Origin: Patescibacteria group bacterium
GTDB lineage: Bacteria > Patescibacteriota > Gracilibacteria > UBA1369 > PNNO01
Direction of reading: 5' to 3'
DNA length: 54,701 nucleotides
Assembly (NCBI GenBank): GCA_042568575.1
Contig: JBHPIO010000010.1
Location: 1-54,701, forward strand
Position numbers and translations under genes: made by a program. The notes below the pieces were generated by a model. It ran no database searches. It saw only the letters and a program-made list of their open reading frames with translations, and was not told the DNA's origin. Within the stretch, counting starts at the first letter, position 1. Every line of letters begins with the position of its first letter. Positions 19,152 through 29,117 of this stretch are shown here, piece after piece.

Positions 19152-19634
19152 ATGCGACTACACTCATCACGCATTCTGCACATCGTTTTACTCACTTTAA
19201 TTGTTTCTCTTGGAGTGTACATTTACACTCTTGCAATTCCAGCCGGCACAATTTCGCTTGCTTACAAAACCAGCGAAGATTTTCATATAGTTTCTGTGAA
19301 TGCTGGTGGATTGCGACGCCCATTTTTCGGAACGGCTTTTCATCTTCACTACGATATTGATGCTTTAATATACGACCATTTCACTCTTGGTGATTATTTT
19401 ACCTCGAGTGATTCTCCACTTGTCCTTGTGAACGAAAGTCTCGAAAAGGGAACTTTGATGATTGGGATTTCTCTAAAAAGAGGTGAATTGCTTGATAAGC
19501 CAGATGGCACTTTGGTTAATCTTTATTTTGAAGGTCGACCTAAAAACGATTCGACATTCACATTTTCAAACACGGTTTTTTCGACATTTGATGAGGAGCG
19601 GGAAGATGTGAGTAGTATTGATTTTGCACAATAA
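19152..19634 (+). CDS. Membrane-anchored cohesin-like protein
   Basis: N-terminal TM; FGTAFHLHYD...DGTLVNLYF. Confidence 0.6.
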   Translation: MRLHSSRILHIVLLTLIVSLGVYIYTLAIPAGTISLAYKTSEDFHIVSVNAGGLRRPFFGTAFHLHYDIDALIYDHFTLGDYFTSSDSPLVLVNESLEKGTLMIGISLKRGELLDKPDGTLVNLYFEGRPKNDSTFTFSNTVFSTFDEEREDVSSIDFAQ

Positions 19635-19681
19635 TTGATGTGAGAAATAGGGAGTGCCTTATTTAAGTCAAATTATGCTCC

Positions 19682-20401
19682 TCAGAAGATGCCTGGAAAC
19701 AACCGATAACTCACACGGCGCGCATAATCCCGATACCCCGGCAATTCTTCTTGTAAAGTTTTATCTTCCAGCGCGGTCCTTATCACGGCAATGATCAACG
19801 CTATTATCACTGGAATGATTGTCCAAACAGAGCCTAAAGCCAACACAATGCCCGGCAGCGCTAGAATATTTCCAGCATAACCAGGATGTCTCACGATCCG
19901 ATATGGACCGCTGTCACATACTTTATGCCCTCGGTCCGTCTGAATACGCACCACGCTTGAAAAAAAGCGGTTCTCTACCAAAGCCCATCCAGCGAAGGTG
20001 TATCCAATCACAATCAAGATGAAGCCCAAGATGTTGAGCCATGTCGGGAATACAGGTGACCACCCAAAGTGGTGATCTAGTCCTGCCACAATAAATAATG
20101 GGAAAGATATACTCAGTGCCATTAATGGAGCAAGAACTTTATCCCACGATTTCACATTCTGAGCTTTTCCAAATTTGCCTCGTTCTGCCATCAATCCCGG
20201 ATGCCTTTTTTCTGCCCATATACGTGGGCCTATACCCGCTACAACTATCAGTGCTGAATAAAACCACCCCTGCCACCAACCGAAATCCCATCCGCTTATC
20301 AAGAGAACTGGCGGTATAAGGAGATACGTTATTATGAATCCAACCCAATATTTGGGACCTAATTTTTGAAACGTATTTTTATTAACTATCTTTGATGCCA
20401 T
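19682..20401 (-). CDS. Isoprenylcysteine carboxylmethyltransferase (Ste14-like) family protein
   Basis: GPYRIVRHPGY, EDKTLQEELPGY. Confidence 0.9.
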   Translation of the reverse strand: MASKIVNKNTFQKLGPKYWVGFIITYLLIPPVLLISGWDFGWWQGWFYSALIVVAGIGPRIWAEKRHPGLMAERGKFGKAQNVKSWDKVLAPLMALSISFPLFIVAGLDHHFGWSPVFPTWLNILGFILIVIGYTFAGWALVENRFFSSVVRIQTDRGHKVCDSGPYRIVRHPGYAGNILALPGIVLALGSVWTIIPVIIALIIAVIRTALEDKTLQEELPGYRDYARRVSYRLFPGIF

Positions 20402-20494
20402 ACCTATTCCTTTTTATTAAACTGTATGTCTTCTTCCTAAAAAATTTTGGAAATGACATTGCGCCCAATAGTATCTTAACGAGATTATATCATA

Positions 20495-20549
20495 TGCTAT
20501 AATAACTGCACTGGGTGTGCCCCTCTAGCACTCCGTCGTACGGGCTCCA
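20495..20549 (+). repeat. Repeat unit E, inverted relative to A-C
   Basis: TGCTATAAT...GCACTGGGTGTGCCCCTCTAGCACTCCGTCGTACGGGCTC, nearly the reverse complement of 5641-5690. Confidence 0.85.
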
Positions 20550-20559
20550 GAAATACTTG

Positions 20560-21309
20560 CTACATAAAACTTTTCATTGGTGCAATTTCATCTCTAATCT
20601 CAGCTCTAAGATCATTTGGTAGTGCATTCACTCCTGCATTCCACTCTGCCTCCATAGCACCATAGGCAGCAGCACCCCATGCAGTTTCCGATATCATTCT
20701 TGCATCTAATGATAAGTACTGTCCTGCCATTACTTTAAGATAGATTCGAATGAATTCCACAAATTTTTCAGATTGCCATAACTCTCCATTAACTCTAATT
20801 TCAGGCATACTACTTTCTCCTAAATCTACATGTAAGTCTACTTTTATCTCACCTGAACCTAAGCCATCACCATTATCTTTAGATCTTGAACCAATTAGGG
20901 TAATAATACCTTCCAGCTCTTTAGACTGGTCGATATCACCAGGTTCAAGTCCATATAAACCTGAAAATGCTTCTCCAATAGCTAAAACCTTTTTTCGAAA
21001 TACAGCCAAAGCTAGTTCTTCAGCTTGCCCTTCACTTAACATCTTAACAACACCAACATTTGGATAAAATCTACTTTGTACTGCTTGAATATCTGTAATT
21101 TCCCATCCACCAGCTCCACTTCCTAGATCACCATTTTCAGATAGAGAAAAGGCATCAATTGGTGCTTTAAAATCACCAAATTGTGCAAGCCCATCTTTAA
21201 CGGAATCTATTGTAACTTCTTGTCCTTTCCATAAAACTACTTGCCTAGCTTTGGGACCACTTTCTGCATCAGGTAATTCATAATAATAAAGTTCGTGTTG
21301 TTTATCCAT
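20560..21309 (-). CDS. Hypothetical protein
   Basis: 249 aa ORF between repeat units E and F. Confidence 0.65.
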   Translation of the reverse strand: MDKQHELYYYELPDAESGPKARQVVLWKGQEVTIDSVKDGLAQFGDFKAPIDAFSLSENGDLGSGAGGWEITDIQAVQSRFYPNVGVVKMLSEGQAEELALAVFRKKVLAIGEAFSGLYGLEPGDIDQSKELEGIITLIGSRSKDNGDGLGSGEIKVDLHVDLGESSMPEIRVNGELWQSEKFVEFIRIYLKVMAGQYLSLDARMISETAWGAAAYGAMEAEWNAGVNALPNDLRAEIRDEIAPMKSFM

Positions 21310-21396
21310 ATTAAATTTGATTTATGATTAGGAGAAGAATACTAATGTAAATCATTGATATTTGTCAATATTGCTTTAAACTATACCACAATATCT

Positions 21397-21471
21397 GCAC
21401 TGGATGTGCTAGATCTAGCATGAATCGGATGATTAAGTACGACGTAGTGTCAAATCCCATCGATGGCTCCA
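21397..21471 (+). repeat. Repeat unit F ending in the tRNA-Thr 3' end
   Basis: GCACTGGATGTGCTAGATC...CAAATCCCATCGATGGCTCCA. Confidence 0.8.
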
Positions 21472-21478
21472 TTTAATT

Positions 21479-23005
21479 TTACATGAAACAAACCCCATGC
21501 AATTCTCCGGAGACTGCAAATTTTGTTAATTCACTGATGCTATCCTCGTCTATACAATCATCTAATTCGCCTCCTTCTAAATCGACAGCTGACACAAAAA
21601 CTTCCATGTCTCTTTGACATACACCTGTTAGGTTAAATTCAAAATCCCCATTTGAATCTGCCAATCCGTTAGCCATTATTCCATAAGTACTAACGCATTC
21701 CATTAGTTCTTCAGTGGGATTATTATGTGCGACAACTCTATAGCCGGGAGTCGCCTTTCCACTTATTGTCACTATAGGACCTTCAACCGTGCTACCATTT
21801 ACTGGTGAAATTATTTCAGGTTTCACGATCACGACTTCTTGTTTTTTCGTAAGCTTAAACAACGTTATCTCATCAGTAATTTTTGTTGTTGGAGCATATT
21901 TTTCTATCACTGGATTGTCAAAGTTAATTCTTTGAATTCCGCTTTTATTGTTATCGTAGAATAGATTTTCACCGTCTGAGAAAACGAAATTCGCATAAAT
22001 TTCTTTGTCGTCAAGCACTACAATATCTTCAACAGATTTCTCTTCTTCGTTAAGATAAATAAGTACAATTGCATTAGCTCCTCCATAAGCGATCACATCG
22101 CTTTCTTCAACATAAAGAGATCCATATCCTCCAGCATCAGTCATTTCTTCTCGTTGTTCTTCAGTTATCGAATAAGTAACTTGAGTAAGATTTTTTTGAG
22201 TCGCATCAATTAAAATAAGACCTTCTGGATTTTCAGGAAACCCTCTATCGATGAAAAAATAACCATTTTCGTATTGAACTAAATAGTGTTCGTAATCTAT
22301 AACGAATTCTTCGTCTCCAGTATTTATATCCCAAGTTTTAAGTGGTGTTCCACTTCCTAGACCTTCTCCGCATAACCAGTTAAAGAATCTTGTGTTTTCC
22401 GAATCATATAACCAGCAACCACCGTATGGTCCTCCAATTTCTGGCACTGCAGGCACTCCCATATCTCCTCCGAATACAATAGTGTTTGTAGAGGCGTCAT
22501 AATAACCAGGAATTGTTCCAATGACTTCATACGGGAACATTCCATCAACAGGTTTTAAATCAGCGATTGTGATGAAAAATTTTGATGTATCTGTGATTGA
22601 AGGAAGAACCCACAACTCTTCACTATCTTTAAGTTCGCTATTTTCTCTAAAGCTACTGAGGTCGATTTGAGTAATTTTTTCAGTAGTAACTTCGTACAAG
22701 AAAGCTTGTTTTTCTTTTTCTAAAATTAAATATTCTGGATTTTGCTCATATGAATGTTGGCTAATAATTGAATAGCCTTCGGGAATAAATTCTTGAGATT
22801 CCCCTGTTGCGAGATTAATCAACTCGTAGTCATCTCTTCCAAGACCAAGATAAATTCCTTCTTCTACAGCCGGAGATTCAACTACTTGTTCTTCTTGAAT
22901 TTCAGAAACTTCTTGAATTCCTGGTGCCAATTCTTCAACAGCTGGCGATGCACATCCGCTAAGACCTAGTATTGTTACGGCCATGAGGGCGATTAGTTTT
23001 CGCAT
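21479..23005 (-). CDS. Lipoprotein with a C-terminal Ig-like domain
   Basis: Lipobox LSGC; PEIISPVNGSTV...TISGKATPG. Confidence 0.75.
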   Translation of the reverse strand: MRKLIALMAVTILGLSGCASPAVEELAPGIQEVSEIQEEQVVESPAVEEGIYLGLGRDDYELINLATGESQEFIPEGYSIISQHSYEQNPEYLILEKEKQAFLYEVTTEKITQIDLSSFRENSELKDSEELWVLPSITDTSKFFITIADLKPVDGMFPYEVIGTIPGYYDASTNTIVFGGDMGVPAVPEIGGPYGGCWLYDSENTRFFNWLCGEGLGSGTPLKTWDINTGDEEFVIDYEHYLVQYENGYFFIDRGFPENPEGLILIDATQKNLTQVTYSITEEQREEMTDAGGYGSLYVEESDVIAYGGANAIVLIYLNEEEKSVEDIVVLDDKEIYANFVFSDGENLFYDNNKSGIQRINFDNPVIEKYAPTTKITDEITLFKLTKKQEVVIVKPEIISPVNGSTVEGPIVTISGKATPGYRVVAHNNPTEELMECVSTYGIMANGLADSNGDFEFNLTGVCQRDMEVFVSAVDLEGGELDDCIDEDSISELTKFAVSGELHGVCFM

Positions 23006-23140
23006 TTTATAGAGGTTAAATTTATACGTCACTTACAATAACACATGACTTTGCAGAAGTTGCGGTTTTTCTTGCAAGAACATCTCTCCCGGCTCTTGAC
23101 AACGAAGCGCAATGCAGTATAATATACACCTTGTAATTAT

Positions 23141-23800
23141 ATGAATAAGAACATGCTGTCTTTACCAGAAAATGAAGATCACACAAAACCGAATGGTGGA
23201 AGTGAACCGGTACCTCATCCCGGAAAAATTAAGAATGGGAAGCTTCCTTTGGATGTACTTGCACAATTTGCTGATGAAAAAGTTCGAGAGAGATATGAGG
23301 AGGATCGAGAAGCAGTTACGGCAGCAAAGTATACAATTTTAGCGAGTGCAATTGTAACAGCATTTGCTGCTTATTCTATGGCTGGTTCAAAAGATATGAA
23401 GTATCGTCAAATAAATTCACAATTAGTTAATGATAGAGCCGAAACTAGGTCAGCGAAAAAAAGAACTAGAGAGGCCCTTAAAGGAAAAGCTGAAAGAGAT
23501 AAAATTGTTGCTGAAGTTAAAAAAGCAGTACTCGAATGTGCAAAAACATCTAACAACAATCATGACAGATGGACTTGCCTATCAAAAAAATTGCCTAAAA
23601 AATTTAGGGTAAAAGACAAGAGAGAGCAAGCAAAACTCGATAAAATTAAAGCTTTAAAGAAGAAGTCGCGTACAGCAAAAGGAGCCGTGCGGTTAGTAAA
23701 AAATGGCATTCGATCATGTGCCAGGATGAAAGGAGCTGATGACGCTAAAAAATGGAGATGTGTAAAACGACGCCCCTATATGAAATCTAAACGTAAATAA
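23141..23800 (+). CDS. Basic single-TM protein with two C...W.C repeats
   Basis: CAKTSNNNHDRWTCL and CARMKGADDAKKWRCV; promoter TTGACA-N16-TATAAT. Confidence 0.7.
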   Translation: MNKNMLSLPENEDHTKPNGGSEPVPHPGKIKNGKLPLDVLAQFADEKVRERYEEDREAVTAAKYTILASAIVTAFAAYSMAGSKDMKYRQINSQLVNDRAETRSAKKRTREALKGKAERDKIVAEVKKAVLECAKTSNNNHDRWTCLSKKLPKKFRVKDKREQAKLDKIKALKKKSRTAKGAVRLVKNGIRSCARMKGADDAKKWRCVKRRPYMKSKRK

Positions 23801-24508
23801 ATGACTGAAGATTCAGAAAATACAGAATTGGTTCCTGAAGAAAAAGGTTCTGAAGATATTTCTTTGGAAATTTCGCGACAAGCAATTCTGCGAGAAGCTG
23901 CAAATCACCGCATCAGAGAAGAGATACGAAATCTTGGTTCGACGAGAAATATTGCTTTATTTGTTGCAATGGCCATTGCAACTATAGCTATGGGTGTAGG
24001 CATAGGTGATAGGGCACGTACCTTGCATGCACTTGTTAAGGAACATCGAACATCTGGAAAACTTGCCAAAGCACAAAAGGAAAAAGCCATAGCCAGAAGA
24101 AAAGCTAAAGAAGCAGAGGATGACAAGAGAAAAGCAGATAGAATTATCGAAAAAGTTAAAAGTAGCGTAGAAATATGTTCTAAAGTTTATGATAACAATT
24201 CTGGAAGATGGAACTGCCTTGCCTGGGACCTAAAAGGCATCATGAAAGTGAAAACTGACGCAACATCTGGAAGTCTAGACAACCAAATCAGAACACTTGA
24301 GGGAGTAATTGAATCCTCGAGAAGACGCATTTCAAGAATAAAAGATAGCGTTGCATTTTGTGGAAATCTGGTTAAGGATGAAGATTATGACTACCCAGAT
24401 GCACATAGATGGGGGTGCTTCAAGAGTATGGAAAGCGAATTAGTTAAGCCTCGCAAAAAAAGAGGAAGATCACGAAGAAAACTCCGGACTAGGAGAAGAA
24501 AGAAATAA
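23801..24508 (+). CDS. Paralog of 23141-23800
   Basis: CSKVYDNNSGRWNCL and CGNL...HRWGCF; Arg/Lys tail. Confidence 0.7.
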   Translation: MTEDSENTELVPEEKGSEDISLEISRQAILREAANHRIREEIRNLGSTRNIALFVAMAIATIAMGVGIGDRARTLHALVKEHRTSGKLAKAQKEKAIARRKAKEAEDDKRKADRIIEKVKSSVEICSKVYDNNSGRWNCLAWDLKGIMKVKTDATSGSLDNQIRTLEGVIESSRRRISRIKDSVAFCGNLVKDEDYDYPDAHRWGCFKSMESELVKPRKKRGRSRRKLRTRRRKK

Positions 24509-24513
24509 TTAAT

Positions 24514-24984
24514 TTACATCATTTCAAGCACACCTAATGTTTCTTCAGCATGCCCTTTTGCCTTAACTTTATTCCAGATTTTCACAATAACCCCTTCTGG
24601 ATTAATCAAAAAAGTTGTGCGGACTGTTCCTAAAAATTCTCGCCCCATCATTTTTTTGGGCTTCCACACATAATATAATTTTTGGACTTCAGATTCCGGG
24701 TCGCTTAACAAATTTATTGTGAGCTCCTTTTTTTCTGTAAACTTTTGATGCGACACGCAAGAATCTTTGCTTATCCCAAGTACCACCGCATTGAGCTTTT
24801 CAAAATCCTTTTTCAATCTACTAAAATCCATAGCCTCAATTGTGCAACCGGGAGTGTTATCACGCGGATAAAAATAAAGAACTATCCATTTACCCTTAAA
24901 ATCGGAAAGTTTCAAACTCGCCTCATTCGTGTCTTGCAAGGTAAAATCTGGAGCTTTCTGATTTTCTTTAAGAGATGTATTCAT
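24514..24984 (-). CDS. bcp: Peroxiredoxin (BCP/PrxQ)
   Basis: VLYFYPRDNTPGCTIEA. Confidence 0.9.
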   Translation of the reverse strand: MNTSLKENQKAPDFTLQDTNEASLKLSDFKGKWIVLYFYPRDNTPGCTIEAMDFSRLKKDFEKLNAVVLGISKDSCVSHQKFTEKKELTINLLSDPESEVQKLYYVWKPKKMMGREFLGTVRTTFLINPEGVIVKIWNKVKAKGHAEETLGVLEMM

Positions 24985-25037
24985 AATTTCTCGGTTATTA
25001 AAGTATAATCATTATAATAGAATTAAACGTCCTTACC

Positions 25038-25808
25038 ATGAAATTTCTTGATCCGCTTGCAAAACCGTTTGAACTTAAAGGTTCAAATAAGGGTGTTTTA
25101 TTAATCCACGGATTTACAGGATCCCCTCCTGTACTACGTTTTCTTGGCAAACATCTAAATAAAAAAGGTGGCTATACAGTAAAAGCTCCGCTTCTAAGTG
25201 GGCATGGAACTTCTCTGGAAAATATGGAGAAAGCTTCATGGAAAGATTGGATCGCAGATATAGAAAGTGCACATGAAGAATTAACAAAACAGTGCTCGGA
25301 AGTTTACGTTGTTGGTTATTCAATGGGTGGTCTTTTGGCGATGATATTAGCCTCAAAAGTTAATCCAGACAAACTGGCTTTGATTGCTCCGGCTCTTATC
25401 ACGACAGATAAAAAAGCCATGTTTGCCCCTATAGGCAAGTATTTCATTAAATATAAAAACAAAATTTCTGTGAAAGAAATGTTTCCCGAAGAGGCTCCAA
25501 AATATGATCTTAAATATAATGTTGGATACGACAAATATCCCCTAAAAAGCATTTGCGATTTATTGAAAATTGAGAAGTTGGCAAAGAAAAGTCTTCCAAA
25601 AATACAGTGCCCGACTCTAATAATTCAATCTCCAAAAGACGATCTGGTTGACCCAAAAAGCGGCAATTTAATCTATAACAAAATTCAGTCTAAACAAAAA
25701 GAGTTGTTCTGGCTAAAAGAGTCAATTCATATTTGCACTATTGGGCCTGAAAAAGATAAAATTCACGAAAAAATTTCGGAGTTTTTTCTACCTTACTCCA
25801 ATATGTAA
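25038..25808 (+). CDS. Alpha/beta-hydrolase carboxylesterase
   Basis: LIHGFTGSP, GYSMGG nucleophile elbow. Confidence 0.9.
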   Translation: MKFLDPLAKPFELKGSNKGVLLIHGFTGSPPVLRFLGKHLNKKGGYTVKAPLLSGHGTSLENMEKASWKDWIADIESAHEELTKQCSEVYVVGYSMGGLLAMILASKVNPDKLALIAPALITTDKKAMFAPIGKYFIKYKNKISVKEMFPEEAPKYDLKYNVGYDKYPLKSICDLLKIEKLAKKSLPKIQCPTLIIQSPKDDLVDPKSGNLIYNKIQSKQKELFWLKESIHICTIGPEKDKIHEKISEFFLPYSNM

Positions 25809-26548
25809 TCGATCTTTTTCCCTTCAATCCTCGCGCTTTCTGTGTGAAGTTCTCTGGATTCATCCTCCCAAGTATATTCAGTTAAGGAAACTTTCCCCCA
25901 AGACAATTGGGTCCCTGGAAGTGATCCATCCTGGTTGCAAATATTATGAGTTTGAATCATCACAGCGTAGTCTTTTGAATCATCTGCTCTAAACTCAAAC
26001 TGTTTTTTTTCTGGATCTGCATGGATGTTTTGAATCACACCTCTAGCTAAGTAGAAAAAAGAACTGTTAATTTTTTTCGTTTCTCCGTCACTATTGATAT
26101 ATGCCAAATTCCCAGCTGTTGTTTCAATTTCTCCACCATGAGGATCTATCCCAATACATCCATCAAACTCCAATTTAACCGATTTTAGAGTAAAATAACC
26201 CGTTGCTGGACCTTCCGTCGACACATTAAATCCAAAAACTATATCCAATGGATTTGGAACGTGCTCGTAATCATAAATTGATTCTCCATTAAATTTATCG
26301 ATTCCAGTTAATACAGGTTTAAACACATTGCTCACTTCTTCCCTTTCTACTTGTGTACCTCCTGGAATAACTCGATCACCTCCAAGTTGAAAATCCCCGG
26401 TTTCAACAGCAGGAGTAGTAACAATCGGACCACTTACTTTAAAAAGATTCCCCATAAATTGACCTCCTTGAGAATACCAAACCACCGCTATAACTACGGC
26501 AATTCCAGCAACGACACCACCCCCGATAAGAACTCTTTTTTTAGACAT
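25793..26548 (-). CDS. Membrane-anchored hypothetical protein
   Basis: N-terminal TM after MSKKRV. Confidence 0.65.
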   Translation of the reverse strand: MSKKRVLIGGGVVAGIAVVIAVVWYSQGGQFMGNLFKVSGPIVTTPAVETGDFQLGGDRVIPGGTQVEREEVSNVFKPVLTGIDKFNGESIYDYEHVPNPLDIVFGFNVSTEGPATGYFTLKSVKLEFDGCIGIDPHGGEIETTAGNLAYINSDGETKKINSSFFYLARGVIQNIHADPEKKQFEFRADDSKDYAVMIQTHNICNQDGSLPGTQLSWGKVSLTEYTWEDESRELHTESARIEGKKIDYILE

Positions 26549-26711
26549 ATTTTGTTTATTAAAATATAAATAATTAACGAAATAATTATATAACAAAACA
26601 CCGGGAGGCACAATCGCGTAAACTCACACAATTTTCACTCATTTCTATTTGATTTTTTCGCAGACCTCACCTATAATCCCAGGGCACTATAAATTTTGTA
26701 ATAAAAAAATA

Positions 26712-26891
26712 ATGGCTCACGGAAAAAGTCAATTTACAGTTTGGAGATGCACAACATGCAACACCATCTTAAAAACAACTGCTTACAACAGAACAAATAA
26801 CGACGCTATAGTTAAGGAAATTAAGAGATATTGTAAGAAATGTCGTTCGCATAACATGGCAAAGAGAAAAGACGCTAAAAAGTCATCGTAA
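26712..26891 (+). CDS. rpmG: 50S ribosomal protein L33 (zinc-binding type)
   Basis: CTTC...KEIKRYCKKCRSH, 59 aa, basic. Confidence 0.8.
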   Translation: MAHGKSQFTVWRCTTCNTILKTTAYNRTNNDAIVKEIKRYCKKCRSHNMAKRKDAKKSS

Positions 26892-26919
26892 TAGTTATAT
26901 TTTTTAACATATTAATACT

Positions 26920-28839
26920 ATGAGACTTACTTCTTTCTTAAAGACGCTTGCTTTGGTGAGTATTTTCGCGGTTTTCACTGTTTCATTAACCGGATGTTTT
27001 GCGCCTAAAAAAGTTGATGTTCATGCAACCGAAATAACTCCTGAAGGGGTTGTTATGGAGGATTTTCTTCCTCAAGAAACAATGATGGCTTTTAGCATCA
27101 ACACTCAAGATAAAAACCAACGTGAGAAATTCAACAACCTAAAAGATCTTTTTCCTAAAAAGGATTTTGATGGCTTAACTAAGGCTTTTATCGAAGAAAT
27201 GAGCCTTGAACTTGAAGACCTGACTTTGTCGTTTAAAGATGATATCGAGCCACTTATGACTGATTCTTTTAGAGTATTAATGGGAATGAGTGGCCAACTT
27301 GAATCTGAAGAAGCGGAGCCGGAACCTTATGTTGTCTTCACTGTTGCTGATATGGAAAAAGCTGAAAGTCTTTTTGATAAAATCGCTTCAGCAAACTCAG
27401 GTATAGAAAAAACTGAAGTATTTGGATTCACAGCACTTGATAACGAGTCGGAAGATGCATACTTGGTCCTTTATAAAGATACTATTTTGATAACAGCAAC
27501 TCAGGATTTACGTCATGCAGCTGTTAAGAGAATGAAAAACAACGAAGCCTCTATCCGATCAAATGAAAAATACATGGCGACAATGCAATCGCTTCCTTAT
27601 CCAAACCTTGGAACTGCATATATTGATATAGAGACTCTACTTACTCAACTAGGTGAAATTGAAGATGAAGCGGTGAAAGTGAATGCAGCTGTTGCAGACA
27701 TGTTAAAAGCGGAGGCATTTGCATTTATTGCGGAAATTGACGGTATAAAAATGATTGTTCAAGTTGAGTTTAATCCGGATGCGGAAGAAGAGTTCAATTT
27801 TGCTGATTTCCCTTATACAGAGCCGTATATGCACAATAAGATTCCTGGGAATGACCTTATAATGTACGCAGAAGCAAACGATTTAAAGACTATTTTTGAT
27901 CTTGAAATGAAACTCCTTTTAACAGATGAAAAAGATAAAGAAGAGTTTGACGATACAATAAGAATGATGAAAAAATTCGTTGGACTGGATTTATACGAAG
28001 ACATTTTAAGTTGGATGGACAATGGTTATGCTGTTGTAATTCAACGCAATGAAGGTTTAATTCCTGGAATCACTTTCTATTTTGATGCAAAATCAGACCT
28101 TGATGGAGCGCAGAAATTGATTGATGTTCTTGATGCGGCAATAGCTCAAGGGCTTGAAGGAGCGAAAGCAGGAATGGCAGAAGACGAAGAATCGGAAATC
28201 GATATTGAAGAAGTTCTTAAAAAAGATACAGTAGATTTAGCCGGAAAAGATGTAAACCGAGTTCAGGTCGACTTCACCTCTTTAACAGAAGAACAACTTG
28301 AAGAGGCTGGACTTCCTGAAGGAATCTTCTCTGAACCAATCGAATTCTACTATGGAATTACAGGCGACGATTACTTTGTTATTTCAACAAGATCAGGCCT
28401 AGATTCAGACTTCGAAGATGCAGAAAAAGTTTCAGCAAACGATGATGTAGTGGAATCGCAAAAGTACACTAAAGGTTATCCGTATCAGCTAACTTTCATC
28501 TCTGTAGACGAGACAATGCTTTATGTTGATAGCTTTGTAGAATTGATGCAATTGATTGAAGGACCTTTTGATAAAGAGCAGAAAGAAGCGTACGAGAAAG
28601 TGAAAGCATACCTTGCTCCAATAAAATACCTTGTGGGAGCAAACAAGAAAGTGGAAAATGTAGCGGAAGGTCTGCTATTCTTACGAATGGAAGAAGTGGA
28701 AGTTGAAGCAGACGAAGATACTGAGCCAACCGAGGCTGAAGAAACTGCCGAGGAAAGCGAAGAAGCTGAAGTGGATCAGCCTACTGGATTAATCAAACCT
28801 GAAGATCAACCAAGCATGATAGGTGAGCCAAAACTCTAA
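26920..28839 (+). CDS. Acidic lipoprotein, DUF3352-like
   Basis: Lipobox LTGC; DDIEPLM and EDILSWM repeats. Confidence 0.7.
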   Translation: MRLTSFLKTLALVSIFAVFTVSLTGCFAPKKVDVHATEITPEGVVMEDFLPQETMMAFSINTQDKNQREKFNNLKDLFPKKDFDGLTKAFIEEMSLELEDLTLSFKDDIEPLMTDSFRVLMGMSGQLESEEAEPEPYVVFTVADMEKAESLFDKIASANSGIEKTEVFGFTALDNESEDAYLVLYKDTILITATQDLRHAAVKRMKNNEASIRSNEKYMATMQSLPYPNLGTAYIDIETLLTQLGEIEDEAVKVNAAVADMLKAEAFAFIAEIDGIKMIVQVEFNPDAEEEFNFADFPYTEPYMHNKIPGNDLIMYAEANDLKTIFDLEMKLLLTDEKDKEEFDDTIRMMKKFVGLDLYEDILSWMDNGYAVVIQRNEGLIPGITFYFDAKSDLDGAQKLIDVLDAAIAQGLEGAKAGMAEDEESEIDIEEVLKKDTVDLAGKDVNRVQVDFTSLTEEQLEEAGLPEGIFSEPIEFYYGITGDDYFVISTRSGLDSDFEDAEKVSANDDVVESQKYTKGYPYQLTFISVDETMLYVDSFVELMQLIEGPFDKEQKEAYEKVKAYLAPIKYLVGANKKVENVAEGLLFLRMEEVEVEADEDTEPTEAEETAEESEEAEVDQPTGLIKPEDQPSMIGEPKL

Positions 28840-28888
28840 TACTCCTTCTGCGGGAAGCGTGTTATAATGCTTCTCGCAGTTCACATAT

Positions 28889-28963
28889 AGGGCCATGGTG
28901 TTAATGGTAGCACGTCGGTCTCCAAAACCGTAGGTAGGGGTTCAAATCCTCTTGGCCCTGCCA
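28889..28963 (+). tRNA. tRNA-Trp(CCA)
   Basis: AGGGCCA...CGGT CTCCAAA ACCG...GGTTCAAATCC...TGGCCCT GCCA. Confidence 0.92.
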
Positions 28964-29117
28964 GATCAACCTTGAGAAACTCAACCCTTGACATTTTCAA
29001 GTTTTTTTGTCATAATACCATCCTTTGCATTATAGGGCTTTCTTCATTTATTGAATGGCAGCCCTAATTGTATGGGCTGCTAATTGAAATATCAACGCAA
29101 CACCTGGGAGGTGTATG

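Noticed and set aside
19682-20401. Including the Ste14-like gene in the GC-rich class
   Set aside because: It has an AAAGGA SD-like motif but only moderate GC, no export signal and no boxA-like leader; ordinary HGT is enough. With AGGAG before the ECF at 44469, it shows SD-like motifs are not exclusive to the five genes.
26712-28963. rpmG and tRNA-Trp without secE/nusG
   Set aside because: Rearrangement of this cluster is common and not informative from this window alone.
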